26,995 bases of DNA from Leptolyngbyaceae cyanobacterium (lineage in GTDB: Bacteria > Cyanobacteriota > Cyanobacteriia > Phormidesmidales > Phormidesmidaceae), in contig CBDHHL010000019.1 of the NCBI GenBank assembly GCA_965263355.1, forward strand, positions 1 through 26,995, in the 5' to 3' direction. The stretch's first letter is position 1, and every line of letters begins with the position of its first letter. Shown piece by piece: positions 25,261-26,995 of the stretch. A program made the position numbers and the translations under genes. Under the pieces are notes generated by a model that had not been told where the DNA came from, did not search any database, and worked only from the letters and a program-made list of their open reading frames with translations.

Positions 25261-25451
25261 TTTTTCTTTGCCTTTTGCGCTTCTGCAACTTCATCAAAAC
25301 TGGGGGCGTAGCCATCAAGCATTGCTTGCCTGATTGCTTGCTCTAAGAGCGATACAGCGAGGGAAGTTGGTTTATTCCCCTCGCGTTCCGCCCAATAGTC
25401 CAGTACATCAGCCAATCCGTCGCTAACTCTACACATATAAGCCTTGCTCAT
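25257..25451 (-). CDS. CopG-like RHH regulator (copy 2)
   Basis: Same as 9653..9847. Confidence 0.8.
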   Translation of the reverse strand: MSKAYMCRVSDGLADVLDYWAEREGNKPTSLAVSLLEQAIRQAMLDGYAPSFDEVAEAQKAKKK

Positions 25452-25707
25452 CGCTATCAATTGATAATCAATTGCCCATATGGTAGCCCTATGTACGGCT
25501 TGCGGCATGTCGCTTACTATTTGATGTCTTCTGATACCAAGTAGTAAGCAATTGCTGTTGACGGTTCAAATGGTAAGCGCTAACCTTGTGGTTGTCAAAC
25601 CACAAAAAACCGCTCCACACCTTCTATCGGTAATCAACGGTTTTTTGTGGTTGATTACTGCAGTAATGCATCACATCAGAAAAACAAGCTAAAAACCATA
25701 CACAACA

Positions 25708-26749
25708 ATGCTTTCAACTGAAACAAACCAACGAATCACGTCTCAATCTGTCGGTATCAGTGCCCCCTCAAAACCACTAGCAACCGTTATCAACCGCATG
25801 GGCGTTGCTGTTGGTGCTGGCTGGGTCAAAGCAACAGACGGCCAGCAAATTGTTAAAGCTCGAAGCCTCATTTTGGAGACTGAGCCTACTGATTTCTTTG
25901 GTCAGAACTCTAAAAACTGGCGAGTCGAGCTGATGAATAGCCCTATTGGTCAGGGGGTGTTCTACCTGGGTGACAAGCTGGACGGGATGACGGGCACCAA
26001 GTCGCTGGCCAATGGAGAGAAAGGTAATTTTTACCCAGTGCTGGCTGTGGCAGCTGTAGCGCGATTGCTACCAAAGGATCAACCGCATCGAGTGCAGACT
26101 GTAGAGATTGCCTGTAGCATCCCTACCCAGGCCATGAAAGGCCAGCTGGCAAAGTTAAAGGGTCACCACCTGGTCAATGTGAATGGGGCCAGTGTTCAGC
26201 TCAACATTACTCGCGTTGTTGCTCAGCCTGAGGGATTGGGCACCTGTGCCCAGATTGCCCACCTGCAAGCTGTTAAAGGTGCTCAGCCCGCCAGTTTTGC
26301 TGTACTCGATATCGGCTTTGCCAACACGACAATTACGGGACTGGATGAGGAGAACACATTACTGGGTTTCCATTCAACGACTCCTGGTGTGGCGAAACTC
26401 TACGAGACGATTGGCTGCTCGACTCAACAGCAACGGTCATCCAGCCACTATTGAGGAAGTACGGCTAGGGGTAGAAACGCCCAATGGAGCAACATTCTGT
26501 CTCAAAGGCCATGGCACTACAAACTTTGAGGCTCTTTACTTCGAAGAGTTAGAACGCTGGTTTGATGCTCGCCTATCGGCTATCCAGACTGGGGCACAGG
26601 CCATTCTCGATAAGGCTCAGCATAAGTTTATTGCCGGTGGCGGTGGTCAGCTGCCTGGGGTTAAGGAGTTAGCTGCTAAGCGTGGCTATGGCGTTGCCAA
26701 TGACCCCCAAGAGAAAGAAGTTCAGGGGCTTTATTTGTTGACTCACTAA
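25708..26749 (+). pseudogene. parM: ParM/StbA actin-like ATPase (copy 2), apparent +1 frameshift that is probably a consensus error
   Basis: ATTGGCTGCT at 26410 versus ATTGCTGCT at 10806 splits the ORF into 25708..26454 and a C-terminal frame ending at 26749. Confidence 0.6.
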
Positions 26750-26790
26750 GGGTTTCACCCATAAACGAAACAACACTATTGATCAGACCC

Positions 26791-26995
26791 ATGGCAAAGA
26801 CAGAACGCAAAGAACACCGCATCACCCTACCGCAACACGTAAGAACTCGTGCTCAACAAAGAGCCGATGAATTGGGCTATGGCTCCATTCTTGAGTATGT
26901 TTCCGAACTCGTTGTTGTAGATACCTCACCATTGATCGCCCGTGGGATTGCCCAGGTCCCGCAGTCCCCACCTAATCAAGAACAGCCCCCATTCA
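26791..26995 (+). CDS. ParR-like RHH protein (copy 2, truncated by the window end)
   Basis: Same as the 5' part of 11186..11425. Confidence 0.7.
   Translation, partial: MAKTERKEHRITLPQHVRTRAQQRADELGYGSILEYVSELVVVDTSPLIARGIAQVPQSPPNQEQPPF

Larger units (their letters stand above)
15604..26995. repeat. Near-identical direct repeat of 1..11390 (second, partial pass around the circle)
   Basis: Identical translated ORFs. The offset is 15603, becomes 15604 after an extra C at 16693-16695, and becomes 15605 after an extra G at 26413-26414. Confidence 0.97.

Noticed and set aside
25708..26749. Programmed frameshift or genuine parM pseudogene
   Set aside because: Copy 1 is intact, there is no slippery sequence at the site, and it lies near the contig end, so it is probably an error.

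Overview
The window holds about 1.73 tandem copies of one ~15.6 kb unit. Position 1 recurs at 15604, and I noticed only two single-base indels between the copies. The simplest reading is an over-assembled small circular plasmid of 15,604 bp. The host is probably a cyanobacterium, based on a CyRepA-like helicase region in Rep, cyanobacterial-type small proteins and two HIP1 GCGATCGC sites seen. The minus-strand arm encodes two ribbon-helix-helix (RHH) regulators, a 1339-aa Rep with an AEP-primase-like N-terminus and an SF2-helicase C-terminus, and a DEAH helicase. It continues with phage/satellite-like small genes (including an overlapping pair with an STGPRT motif), a tail-fibre-like repeat protein and another RHH protein. 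The plus-strand arm encodes a ParM/StbA actin-like ATPase with an RHH partner, small soluble and membrane proteins, and a membrane-anchored FtsK/HerA-like ATPase followed by a cluster of CCTTAGACA repeats. It ends with a ParA plus RHH (ParG-like) partition cassette. I recognised no relaxase, T4SS, integrase, capsid or large terminase gene. The most interesting candidate system is the actin, membrane-protein, FtsK-like ATPase and downstream-repeat module, whose layout parallels Streptomyces TraB/Spd/clt relaxase-free dsDNA transfer. This is inference from motifs and gene order; no searches were run.
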